DNA of 54,622 bases, the filler included, from Stramenopiles sp. TOSAG23-6 (Eukaryota), in NCBI GenBank assembly GCA_900128565.1. It is 3 parts of 3 records of this genome, joined end to end, with 100 filler letters (N's around TTAATTAATTAA, not from the genome) between each part and the next. Parts side by side here need not be neighbours in the genome. Positions count along the whole stretch, not along the records: positions 1 to 18,294 come from LT636066.1; 2 more parts are not named here. The stretch is one strand, 5' to 3'. This document shows positions 1-11,500 of this stretch, in pieces; the stretch's first letter is position 1; every line of letters starts with the position of its first letter. The notes below the pieces were generated by a model, which saw nothing but the letters and a program-made list of their open reading frames with translations, searched no databases and was not told the DNA's origin. A program made the position numbers and the translations under genes.

Positions 1-76
1 AAAAAATTTGTTAGGTACAAAATTTCGTATGAAAAATAAATTCGATTTTTTTGTTTAAAAAAAAAATAAAACATGC
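1..76 (-). mobile_element. Introner-family copy, partial (3' end beyond window start), GC-donor variant
   Basis: Minus strand reads GCATGTTTTATTTTTTT...CATACGAAATTTTGTACCTAAC, matching the family except T>C at +2; it interrupts the 77..739 ORF. Confidence 0.85.
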
Positions 77-739
77 AGCTTTTTCTAACTTCAATAATCG
101 TTCACGCTGTCCCTTATTAGCAAATAGGGCGTCTTTGCCATATTCAAGGCATTTGGCTTCTTCTTCTCGGGCACTAGAAATCTTACCTGACGTGACATGT
201 TTCATACTTGCTGCATAAGAGTCGTCTCTCATTTTTTTACACCAGTCAACCTTATCTCGAAGTTGTTTTCTATGTTTTACATCCCAACAGCTTAGATAGT
301 GTACTAAAGGCTTTAGTAAGTAGTTTTCACCAAAGAGGGCACATTGAGCTTCTGCGTCGCCAGCTTGTTTAACATCTGCCTGGCATGCCTCAATCTGAGT
401 GCGTATCGTTTCCAAGATAGCCTCGTATGGTCCACCACGAGAATGAGACTCTAACTCGCGGACTTTTACGAGTAATTCGCCCAGTTGTGCACTTCCAGGA
501 GCGCGACGAAGAATCTCAACTAATTGTTCAGGATCCTGTTTTAATTCACCTTGCAAAACGACATTTGCAGCTTCTTCGTGTGCTGCAGCACTTCCTCCTG
601 TGGGAGTTGAGTTTACCTTTGCCGGTAAGTCTCCCGCACGTAACTCATCAGACGATTCTAAAACATCGCGATAAAAATTCTCTAAAATCACAGAAATAGG
701 CCCTAAACCAACTTCCTGGAGCATTGTTGATTCCTCCAT
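77..739 (-). CDS. Uncharacterised helical/coiled-coil protein, first exon only (partial)
   Basis: Protein-like portion of ORF 11..826 from MEESTM to ...LEKA; after that the ORF runs into the repeat (CFIFF...). Confidence 0.6.
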
Positions 740-1003
740 GTATGAACAATATTGAAACAATTCTTTCTGATGAGAGAATTCAAAAGGCAATGATGAAGTT
801 TTTTTTCTCCTTTTTGTTTGATGCAATAATTAAAATTTGATTATTATTTTTCATTTTTTTTTATTTGAATCTTCAGTTACACAGACGTTCCCGGGTACCC
901 GTGTATTTATTTGCGACGATGCAGCTTAGTTCCTCTCACTCAGGATCTCGCGACGAGATTCATTTCTATACAGCACACTCAAGAACAACAAACGAAAATT
1001 ACA

Positions 1004-1507
1004 ATGCGTGCTTCCTTATTTATAGTCATTGGCATAATAGCATTCGTCACTCCGTGGACAGAAGCAAGAAAAAAAACTGCAGATCCAAAGGATTGCGAAG
1101 TATGTATTAAGGTTTTGGAAGGAATTGAAGAGACCTTAGAGAAAAAAGATAGGAAGGAACTCACTGTTATGGAAAATAAGATCGAGAAGTATTGCAAAAA
1201 GAAGACTCTAGATCGGAAACAAAAGAAAGTATGCTACTACATCTTGCCAATCAAACGTGAGGTATCTAAACCATTGAAAATGCGAATGACGGCAAAAGAA
1301 ATATGTTCAAGAAAACTGAAGAAGAAAAGTGCTGACATCTGCTCAGTAAAGTACAAAGTAAAAACTACCGCTGATACGGACTACTCTAAGATGCGTGTCA
1401 AGCACCTCAAAGCTGTCCTCTCTGAACGCGGTGTTTCATGCACTGGATGTCTCGAAAAGACAGATTACGTCAAAAAGGCGATAGAAACTGCTCATATGGA
1501 TTTATAA
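1004..1507 (+). CDS. MANF: MANF/CDNF (ARMET) family ER protein
   Basis: Signal peptide MRASLFIVIGIIAF, saposin-like CEVC...CYYI...C...IC, SAP-like C-terminus with CTGCLEKTDY, and KDEL-like HMDL end. Confidence 0.9.
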   Translation: MRASLFIVIGIIAFVTPWTEARKKTADPKDCEVCIKVLEGIEETLEKKDRKELTVMENKIEKYCKKKTLDRKQKKVCYYILPIKREVSKPLKMRMTAKEICSRKLKKKSADICSVKYKVKTTADTDYSKMRVKHLKAVLSERGVSCTGCLEKTDYVKKAIETAHMDL

Positions 1508-1957
1508 AAACTATTGAGTTGGCTTTTGCACTTGCAAATTATTTTTATTTAGTATGTGAAAAGTAAACTTTGCTGTTTATTAAAAATAAATATGTGTGTG
1601 ACACGTATATTCTTTTCATAATTATTATTTTACATAAAAAAGAAGAAACCTGTGCCTTTTGGGTTTTGAAACGAATCAAACAAATATATTGTTTTGTTAG
1701 ATTTGTTAGATGCCAGAGGAATCTTTGATGGTGCAACAACAAGTGGTGCCACTAGCAAATTCGATTGTTTATAAATTTAATACAACGCAGACATTATACT
1801 CTATCATCCAACCATTCCAGGCTTAGTAATTTGGTTTCCTGACAAACAGTTCTGTATCTAACCCAACAACTATCCTGTAGTGTGTATTTTTCAAATAAAA
1901 TAAAGAGAAAATATGAGTACAAACAGAAATTTATCCTAAAAAAAAGAAACTTTGACT

Positions 1958-2791
1958 TTAAAAATGTGTACATGAACCTACCAGTTGCCAACCCCAGTCG
2001 CCGAGTCTTCTTATTTTGAGAGATGGCCAACGATTCACCTGAATAAACTGACCTCTCACTCGTTTACCATCTTCAGTACGACTCTTTGTAAAACGCCAGG
2101 AAATATCTGGATAATCTTGTTTTATTTGTCTTTCAAGTTCTGTTTGTTGACTCTGCGATGCATTGACGATACTCCGCTGTCCATTAGAAATGGTAAATTT
2201 AACTAACATTGGACCAGGAAATCGATGATCACTTTGATCAACCAGAGAGTCTGTGGAAACTATCGGAGGAAAATACTTATCAGTTGTCCTCAAGGGATCA
2301 ACATACTCTGCAGATAAACACATTATTTCATCTTCGTCCATATTTTCTATTCGATCATCTAAGTCTTCGATCAAACTAATAGATGTTTGTAATTCCCATG
2401 ATGGGTCTAAACTTGTCCAGTATTGTCCAGCTTGAAGTTTGAATCGAAAGGCAAATATTAGTTCGCTAAAGTCTTCGTCACATAGTGTTTTTCTCATTGA
2501 ATCAATAGTTGCCTGAATAAAAGAATCTCTAGAAGGAGCTTTGCGAAACCGAAGTGGAACATAAGCCTTTGTATCCCATAATTTTGAACATATACTAAAC
2601 CACAAATAATCGGCGCTACATTCAACGAACCAGGCTTGATTTGTCGCTCCAAGCGAACAAAGGGCTTTCGTGTCTAAATAATTTTTCAATAAATGGGTAC
2701 ACAGATCACCTCCTAATGTACTAAGAGTATCTTCCATAGCAGTGGTACGCACTACACACCTCTTTTTCAATGGCTGAGGCATTGTGGTCAT
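1958..2791 (-). CDS. F-box-like protein
   Basis: N-terminal LGGDLCTHLLKNYLDTKALCSLGATNQAW...DYLW resembles an F-box motif; 277-aa ORF. Confidence 0.6.
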   Translation of the reverse strand: MTTMPQPLKKRCVVRTTAMEDTLSTLGGDLCTHLLKNYLDTKALCSLGATNQAWFVECSADYLWFSICSKLWDTKAYVPLRFRKAPSRDSFIQATIDSMRKTLCDEDFSELIFAFRFKLQAGQYWTSLDPSWELQTSISLIEDLDDRIENMDEDEIMCLSAEYVDPLRTTDKYFPPIVSTDSLVDQSDHRFPGPMLVKFTISNGQRSIVNASQSQQTELERQIKQDYPDISWRFTKSRTEDGKRVRGQFIQVNRWPSLKIRRLGDWGWQLVGSCTHF

Positions 2792-3263
2792 ATATTATTT
2801 GAAATATATCAAATGAGTGTCTGTTGCTCAGGACAGGAAGAACTCTCAAAACACAAGAATTAGTGTAGCATAATTTAATATATCCTGAAAATTTACGTGT
2901 GTGACAGTGACACAAGAAGGATTTAGATTAGGGTTATGACAGCACAGCAGATGCAGGTATAATAAATTCCAAATAATGGCCAAACTTTTGTGGTCACTTT
3001 TGGAAATTTCAAATTTGAATTTTTCTTTTGCCATCATTCATCATTGCATGAAAATTAAATCAATAAAGCAATGTATTACATTTTTGGAAAGTCTACAAAT
3101 TTATTCTTCAATTAATAAGTAATTTTAATTAAGTTCATAATTTTTACTTTAACAATCAAGAAATAAAAATTGCGTAGTGTAAGTCTGCGACTTCTTATTT
3201 GCCGGAGTGAAATTGGGGGAAATATGTACACTCGTTCCGACAGATAATAGCAAATGAATCCAA

Positions 3264-3866
3264 TTAGTTTCCACCACGGACAGCAGAAACGACTTGATCA
3301 CCACCCCACGCGGAAAGGCTCTTCTTCCACCATTCGACTTGCCCAGGGTCGACACAGCATCGAATCGATTTCATGTCAGCATGAGCCATAATTTTGACGT
3401 ATGATGGAAAGCAGTGACCAATGTGAGCATCCTAGGGTGTGTTTAGTTATATCTATTCAATATTGATTAGATTAGCATGAAATATGTATATGAAAAAAAT
3501 ATGTGTTTGCAAAATAAAGAATTGTGAAACCATTCGTGAAAGAAGACGAAGCATATATTTTTGGGAACTTACCATAACAGAAGGACCCTCCATATTGTCA
3601 AAGAAGAGCATTTCATCACCTTCAACGGAATAGAAAAAGGAAAGTTTTCCAGGGGTTGCCTTGGCAAATTTTCCGTAGCGATCAAGGTCGTCGAGCAAGT
3701 CATCCATTTTGTGACCTTCTTTCAGCTTGAGGGTGTAGTGCATGGAGCAAGGTTTGCCCTTTGGCTCAACACGACCTGCAGCAATAGCATCAACCGATTT
3801 CTTTGCTTGTGCTTCAGGTAATCCGCATCCTGTCAAGAATTCTACAGTAGGGCTTTCTTGGCTCAT
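3264..3866 (-). CDS. Small protein, possibly a dimeric alpha/beta-barrel (ABM-like); 2 exons 3866-3573, 3431-3264
   Basis: Splicing a GTAAGT...CTAG intron gives ...GPSVM|DAHIGHCFPSYVKIMAHADM...RGGN* (153 aa). The fold call is inference. Confidence 0.6.
3432..3572 (-). other. Canonical GT-AG spliceosomal intron (141 nt)
   Basis: Donor ATG|GTAAGT, CTAAT-like branch candidates, acceptor CCCTAG|GAT; phase 0 join restores an open frame. Confidence 0.8.
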
Positions 3867-4151
3867 TTTTATATACTTCTTCTTTTTACTTTCTTGAATT
3901 ATTGTATTCTTCGAATAAAATATGACAACAATTGGCTGTTAAAAGTGAAAAGAAGATTTTCGACAAGAAAAAAAAAATCTTTTAAAGCCAATTTTTGACC
4001 TCGACAAAAACACAAACCTGCTTTTGTGATCGAATCGTACGTTGTTGTTCAGCCAATTTTTATTGGATTTGAGATCAGCACGCACGTTGAATTCCTTCTT
4101 TAGTTTAGAGTATATAAGAAATTTTTAACTTGTTGGGCGTGATTTATCATC

Positions 4152-5393
4152 ATGATAGACAGCAAATTTCGTTTAGCGAAGAAACTCGACGCTTTCAAAA
4201 AGGCGAAGATTGAATCTGGATTAAAAGTTACGCTCAAGGAGCACGTTGATGAAGAAGTCGACAGTGTTTTGGTAGACTACATCCTAGTAATGATTCAAAA
4301 TCGTCAAGACCTTGGTCATATTGAGAAGGCTTTGAAGGAACTTATTCCAGAAGCCCAAGCCTCTGCAGTGGTGACATGGATTTACGGTGCTTTAGAGCCT
4401 TTTAACGGCAAGAAACTTGAAAGTCGTTCAGGGAGGAGGTCGCGCGATGAAAGACGTAGAAGTAATAGTAGAGAACGCTACAGAGAACGTGATCGTGATT
4501 ATTCACGACGAAACAACAGAACAAATTCACGACGGCATAGTCCGCGTCGCAGTCCACGGCGACACAGTCCACCCCGACGTGATCCACCCCGACGTGATCC
4601 ACCTCGACGTGATCCACCCAGTCCACGAAATGATTCAAGACATCAATCCAGTAAACGAGACGATGGAACGCGTTTAGACCTGAATGCTCCACTTACCTCT
4701 CGTGCCCTTAGACGAAATAGTACTAAACGTAAACGTGAATTGGAAAAGAAAATGGGTATTGATCTAAAACACGCTAATCCAGGGCCTTTGTACGATGAAA
4801 ATGGAAAGGAAATCCCTGATGAATCCTACGATGAAAATGGAAATTTAATCCCCAATAGTTCATCCGCAGTGGAGCTTGCTGAGTTTAGTGAAGCTCCGTA
4901 TCATAAAAAGTTTATGACGGCTAGAGGCAGAGGTAGAGGTAGAGGACGTGGCAGAGGTAGAGGTAGAGGTAGAGGTAGAGGACGTGGCAGAGGTAGAGGT
5001 AGAGGTAGAGGGCGTGGTAGAGGGCGTGGCTTTAAATCATGGTCAACTTGGACATCAGAAGATGGAGACACGTCTGAAAATAATGAGGTAAAAGAAAAAG
5101 TTTCGATGGATACTGCTCTGAGTACTGAAAGGACCCCAAAGTCTGAGTGGGTTTCTTTTGAGGGTGGTCGAGGTAGAGGTAGAGGGCGTGGCAGAGGACG
5201 TGGCAGAGGGCGTGGCAGAGGTCGAGGGCGTGGTAGAGGTAGAGGTAGAGGAAGGGGCAGAGGTTTAGTAGGTTATGGCAGTTTTAAAAGTATGACTTGG
5301 ACCCTCGGTGTGGATGATGAGGCATCTGCTAAAACGCTGTCAGACACTTTACCAAGTACTCCGCCGCGTGTAGATAATGAAGCTACAGAATGA
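4152..5393 (+). CDS. PWI-like domain RNA-binding protein with RS/RP-rich region and two long RG-repeat tracts
   Basis: N-terminal VDSVLVDYILVMIQN...LKELI...VVTWI resembles PWI/Nab2-N; RSRDERRRS/RRHSP repeats; two (RG)n tracts. Confidence 0.75.
   Translation: MIDSKFRLAKKLDAFKKAKIESGLKVTLKEHVDEEVDSVLVDYILVMIQNRQDLGHIEKALKELIPEAQASAVVTWIYGALEPFNGKKLESRSGRRSRDERRRSNSRERYRERDRDYSRRNNRTNSRRHSPRRSPRRHSPPRRDPPRRDPPRRDPPSPRNDSRHQSSKRDDGTRLDLNAPLTSRALRRNSTKRKRELEKKMGIDLKHANPGPLYDENGKEIPDESYDENGNLIPNSSSAVELAEFSEAPYHKKFMTARGRGRGRGRGRGRGRGRGRGRGRGRGRGRGRGRGRGFKSWSTWTSEDGDTSENNEVKEKVSMDTALSTERTPKSEWVSFEGGRGRGRGRGRGRGRGRGRGRGRGRGRGRGRGRGLVGYGSFKSMTWTLGVDDEASAKTLSDTLPSTPPRVDNEATE
4920..5264 (+). repeat. Two coding (RG)n hexamer arrays (about 4920-5030 and 5165-5264)
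   Basis: AGAGGT/AGAGGC/CGTGGC units; each array is followed by a similar FKSxxxWT/FKSMTWT peptide. Confidence 0.9.
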
Positions 5394-5505
5394 TATTTAT
5401 TTGTAGATATTGAAGTTACAGAATAGATATTTGTTGGTATATTAAGGTTAATTGTTTTTATTCATAAATATATTTGTATTAAACAACAAATTACTGTCAT
5501 TTTTT

Positions 5506-8500
5506 TCATATTTCTGCTAGACCAAAGACATTATCTGGTTTTCTGAGCGATGTCACATGAGCCACAACACATCGCGATAGTGCTGATCGTTTACCATCTG
5601 TATTATAACCACCTTCTAAACATGAAATAAGGCGCCCGTTGCATGCCGCACCAGGTCTCTCTGCTACCTGAAGAACTTGACGAGTAACCCATGCAATATC
5701 ATGTTCTCGCAAGCCCAATTGACCTCCGAGAGGATCCTTTGTGTGTGCATCAAACCCAGCAGAAATGAATATTACTTCAGGATCAAAGTCTAAAAGTGCC
5801 GGAATCAATTGTTTTTCTACAGCCCGACGCCATCCAAGTCTTCCTCGGAGTTCCTTGCTCTCCTCTCCTGATGATCCATCTGGATCGCAGCAATCATCTA
5901 TATCCATTCCAGAATTTTGTTTTGTTGCATTTTGAACTGGGACAGTACTTAGTTTTGTTGCATTTTGAACTGAGCCAAAGCTAGATTTTCTACCCGATTT
6001 TTTACTTCTCGAGGAAGAAGGCGAAATCGCCTTAGAAATAGAACTCCTAAATCCACGTGAATTCCCTACGTTCAATGATGATGGATTATGAAAAAATATT
6101 TAAAAAAAAAAAAACTAAAATTTGTTAGGTACAAAATTTCGTATGAAACAAAAATTAGACAAAAAATTGAAATGAAAACGTACATGGAGACTGTAGTGAT
6201 GACGGTATTAATGTTTGATTTGATTCCAAATTTGACTTCTGTACATCTTTAGGGGGGAGAATTCGAATAGTTACATACGACTGTTTTCGTTCATCTTTCA
6301 CATCGTATGGGAAAAACTCAAACGGTGCATCTGGCTCATTGCACATATGAATAGATGAGAAGAAAGCGTTTTTATCATGTTTGAGGATTTCTGCGGTACC
6401 ATTGCCGAAGTGTACATCAATATCTACAACAGCTACTTTAGTAATTCCCCACCGAATGCGCGAGTGTGTAATACCTAATGCTACATTATTTAGTAAACAA
6501 AATCCATGTGAAGTACACAACTGAGTACATCCATCCATTCCAGCATGGTGGCCTGGGGGGCGTATGCAACAGAAAACATTGTTGCTTTTGCCAGACATTA
6601 CAAGATCAACAGCTTGGCAAACAATCCCTGCAGCTTGTAATGCAGCAATTGGAGACATACCAGATACAAATGTATCGGTCGGATCGTCCAACATTTCTAA
6701 TGCTGCAGCCTCGGCAATCTCCTTCTTTGTTTTTTTCTTATTTTTTTTACTTGTACTACTAGCAAAAGATGTTGAGTCTTCTTCATAGCCTTCACTACTC
6801 GAAATGTTTAAAGAACCATCTGAAGTCAATTCTGTAGAAGATTTCCGAGTACCATCGACGCTATTCAATACTATTTGGTCTATACTTGATTCATCTATAC
6901 TTGTATCATTTTCATCAAGGTTCATCGGATTATTTGAAGTGTCATTGAGATTCTTATTACTCGTATTTATAAATTCAAGATTCCGTTGTGTTTTCAACTT
7001 GCTCAACATAATTAGATTAGATGGATCATTTGCAAACAACCAACACTCAACACCAGGATTCATAATTAAACTTTTGTAGTCTGTGTCACTTGAAGTTTGT
7101 GGAAGAAACTTAAATCGGTGTCGACCATCTACACTGTCGAATTCCATCACCTTTGCAATCTGCCACATCCCCGTAACTGCCTTGGACAAATATTTTTCCG
7201 TTTGGCTATATCTTTTCTTACTTGTTTTCACTCCCGTTGCTATTCCATCAGGCGAAAACTTTATCTCGTTGCTAGGAAGCTTTCGAGACCAATCCCATAG
7301 CCATATATCAACAAATCGGCCTACAAGATTCGATCCAAGCGGAAGCGAATTTGATTTCATTAAAACTCTTGCTTTATCTTTCGTGTCTATAGGATCAGCC
7401 CAAAGTTTGAATACGTTTGTTGACCTCATCACAAATGCTTCGAAACTATCAAGATCTTCTTTTTGTATTTTATCTGTATTTTCAATGCTATTTAAGTTCA
7501 AATCTTTCACAATGTGACCTATGGGGGGCTTAATTAAGATTGAATTGCTCAAGTTCTGATCGGTACTCGGCTTTATATCCACAGAAATTGTATTTGGCGT
7601 TGAAATTGACTCATTTTGTGAACCTTTTGGTGGTAATAACAGAGGTTCCAAGGGAATTGGTTCTGAACTTCGATTGCGACGTGCTATAGATGCAGTGTCG
7701 CGTAAATGTCCTAACCAAATTGGAGAGTGTATTAGTAAGATAGTCAATGGAGATGGTAAGACTAATTTACTTTCCCCTTCTGTAAAATGTAAAAATTCGG
7801 CCTCCTCTGTAATAGTCTCAATGCTACTTGAACGTTTCGGTCTTATTTCTGGCGACGAAGAATATTTTTCATTGTGTNGTGACACTTCGGACTTCAGTTC
7901 TGATGCGCTCAAATTTGAATTTGATCGAAGACGAATATGTCGTGACTCAGAATAAACTGTGTCTGAATTTGATTGAGAACGGGTAAGATGTGACACAGTA
8001 TCAAGTACATCTGAATTTGATCGAGTACGACTTACATTCTCAGGATTTGCGCTTGAACTTGAATAAGAACTAGAGTTTGAACTCGATCGAAGAGATCGAG
8101 TTACTTTAGACGTATCTGTAGTATTGTATCCTCCGCTGTCGCTTATAAGCGTAGGAGGTGGCGTTACATTAACATTGTTAAGTAAATTTTTTGATTTGCT
8201 CTTATACCTATTCGATGCGTATTGATGAACAAATAATTGACCAGTTCGAAGAGTAAATGTTTCAGCTTCTTCAGGAGGGTATGCACTAGAATTAACACCT
8301 CGTGATTTATGCGAAGAAGTATATTGTGGAAGTGGATCCAAATTAAGGATTGCATCCATGCTTTTAAGAACTCGTGCTGGTGTTTCTGGAAATCTATCTG
8401 GCAATCGGTGGCGTAAAGTTCCCGCGTGATATAAAACTGTAGTTGTTCTTAAAGAGTCTCCTGCACGAAGAATACCATCCCGAGAACCTGGATGCGATAA

Positions 8501-11500
8501 AGATCTAGGTTTTGTAGATATCTTCTCCAAATCTAAAATCTCTTTAAGATTTTTTTCTAAGTTATTCTTTGCATCTTTCACCTTTTTCGAAAGCAATGTG
8601 GCACCATGACTAGCTTGTACAATACTCAAAAGGCGTAGCAAATCATTCAATTGGTAACCCAAGCGCTTATATTTGAGTAAGCTATTTTCGGCCGACATAC
8701 ATTTGCTATTATCAAAGTCTTTTAAACCATTGAAATTTATTAGCGAAGGTGTCGGCGATAGATGTGAAATTACGACGTTTTCTCTCTTGGCTTTTATTAA
8801 TCGAGTCACCATTTCATTTATTGCAGCGGCAAGTGTATCTGCAACAAGCTGTTTCAGTCGCGTAATACTGATCAAACAACAATTTCTAACTTCCCATACT
8901 TGATGCCATTCTGCACATGCTTTAGTTGCTAATCTACGTGCTTGAGCAGTTTTGGCTGCAAATGCAGTGCGCATTGTTGCAAGACGTGTTTGCATTCTAT
9001 TTGCTGTTGCTAGTTGTGCTTTTCTTTTACTTATTAAAATCTCAATATCTGGGCCATTGGTACTGGGAGACATAATTTTATCCTCTAATGCTGCAGCCTC
9101 CAGAAAGAGATTTGTAATTTGTTCACCCCAAGGTAATAAACTATCCAAAATGAGTTCTGTTTGAAGTCTAACTTCCTCCGCATCAAGCCACTGTTTTTCA
9201 CACTTCGATGACCATTCACAAACCAGTCTTTTTAACTCGAATGTTGCAGCCTGGTAATGCCTCTGTGCATGCAATAGTCGAGCAGTACACACTAACAAAT
9301 CAGCCGCAGATGAGTATTTTGCACCACCGATAACTTCTGAAAGAAGACTCCATCCAGGATGTTGTTTACTATTAGAACCCCCGCTGCCGGGTTTTCGTCT
9401 ACGACTTTTGCTAGATTCATCCACATCAATATCTTTTGGCTTTGCTTTGATTGACCTCTTCAACATTTTGATGGCGGTCAATATTGCCTGCGCTGAAGGT
9501 GGAAACCATGCCAAACTTTCAGTATAATTAAATAAGCATTCTACATCTCTTTGCCAATCATTAAATTTGATAGGGTCAAATTCTTCACATGAATCATTCA
9601 TCTCAAGATTCAGAGTTGAAATCGGCGGTCCTTGCATTAAAGTTTCAATTCTATCGATTAATAAATCTAGACATACATAACCTTTACAACCTTCTGAGTC
9701 TTGACCGTCATCTTCTAATTCTTCTTTACTTCTTCCTTCGTCAAATAAATCATGTGCATCACTACTTACACTCTCTAAAGCCATTACCCAATCCTTGGCA
9801 GCTTTAATCTTCACCTTATTCTCGCCTAAAATGTTACCTTTGTGTTTTCTTGGACTTCTTCGAATATCAGCAAGTTCCTTCGTTTTCGAAGTCCCATTAT
9901 TATTTGCTTCTTCTACATCGGGAAGTGAAGGAATACATTTCTTAATTACGTAATTACTGACATTTCGAGCAGTCTTTTCTATCTTTTGTGCTTCCAATCC
10001 CGCAGCTAAAGTTCCAGCATCTCCAGAGCAGTGTGATGCACAGCAACCAAATAAATTTGGAGGATTCCACCCTATTTTACGAGCACAAGCATAGTGAAAA
10101 ACACGTCGACATGGACGTGTAAGAAGACCTCGCTTTTGCCGACGTCGGCGTTTTTGATCGCTAGTTTTATGAAGCTCTCGTGTACTTGTAATAGATTTGC
10201 GCCATTCGCAGGGCAACGTAGCACCGAGATCTCCACAATAATGACAACGAACGGATAATCCTCTGTCGATCTCAGCCTCCACATTGTGCCAGCTGCCAGA
10301 GGAATCTAAGAATATACGTGGTGAATATCGAAGACATTCAAAATGGACCCATTTCACATGCTTTGTTGTTTTCTTCAATTCGTCGCTGTCGTTTTGTGTC
10401 TTTCGGGAAATGTTTACAGCATTTGTAATATCTCCATTTGAAACTTTTCGCCGCGATACAGGATTACTTGACGACGATTTTTCTAGTATTGTTGTCTTTT
10501 TTTTATCTTCCAAGAAATTCGCGTTTTTATCATTCTGAGAAGTGGATATAAAACCTAATATAGGACCTTCAATGCATTCTTTATAAGTTGATTCTTTTGT
10601 AGCTAAAATTGATTCTTTCTTGCATTTTTTGTTATACCAAATAATCATAGGTAATGATAATGATTGATCCGTTGCACCAGCAATGTATCCATACTGGTTT
10701 GTTTTGGGTGCATATTGTTGTTTTCGTTTCTTTGAATTTTTCCTTGAATTTTTCTTTAATTGATTGCCTACAGAGCTTTTCCCTTCCCAATGATCTTTAA
10801 AGTGTAACTCTAAATCAGCAAGACAATTTGATCGCTGAAACCATTTCTGAATGTTATAAAAACATAATTGTTCATTTCGTCTCCACCAGAGAACTTCTAC
10901 AGGCTGTTGCAGCTCTTCCACAATTTGATCTATATTTATACTCTGCTGTTTCATTAATTCTGATATCTTTGCCGCAGCTAATTCCCACGATTCAGTTGAT
11001 CGAGTTACTTTACAACAAAATATACATTGTTGAGGGTCTGAAGGTGTCACTTTACTACGCATACATGTATTCCATGGCACGTCTTTGACATCTCGATCAT
11101 AATCAGCAATGCGCCTATGGGGTTTGAATTGCAACAAACGTTCTGGGGTGAGGTAAGTACTATCAATCACTCCAAAGTTCTCTGAGCAATCCTCTTCAGA
11201 TGAATCTGCAATTTCTTCAGCAGAAATACACATGTCGCGGTCATCATTCATGCGAGAAATGATATCAGTATTAATTTCTGATGTTGAATTTGACGAATTT
11301 TTAAAAGGAGTTTTAGTGTTCATGCTATTTCCAATAGATGATATATCATATTGAAATTTTCCACTTCGAGGTAATATAGATGTTACTCTAACATCAGTCA
11401 GTAAAGATCTTTTGTACCATTGAGTCAAAACTTTCCCACAATTTTCTATCAAATCAGTTTCTATTGAATCGGCATCCTTTTCCTCAGGTGCAATCGATAA

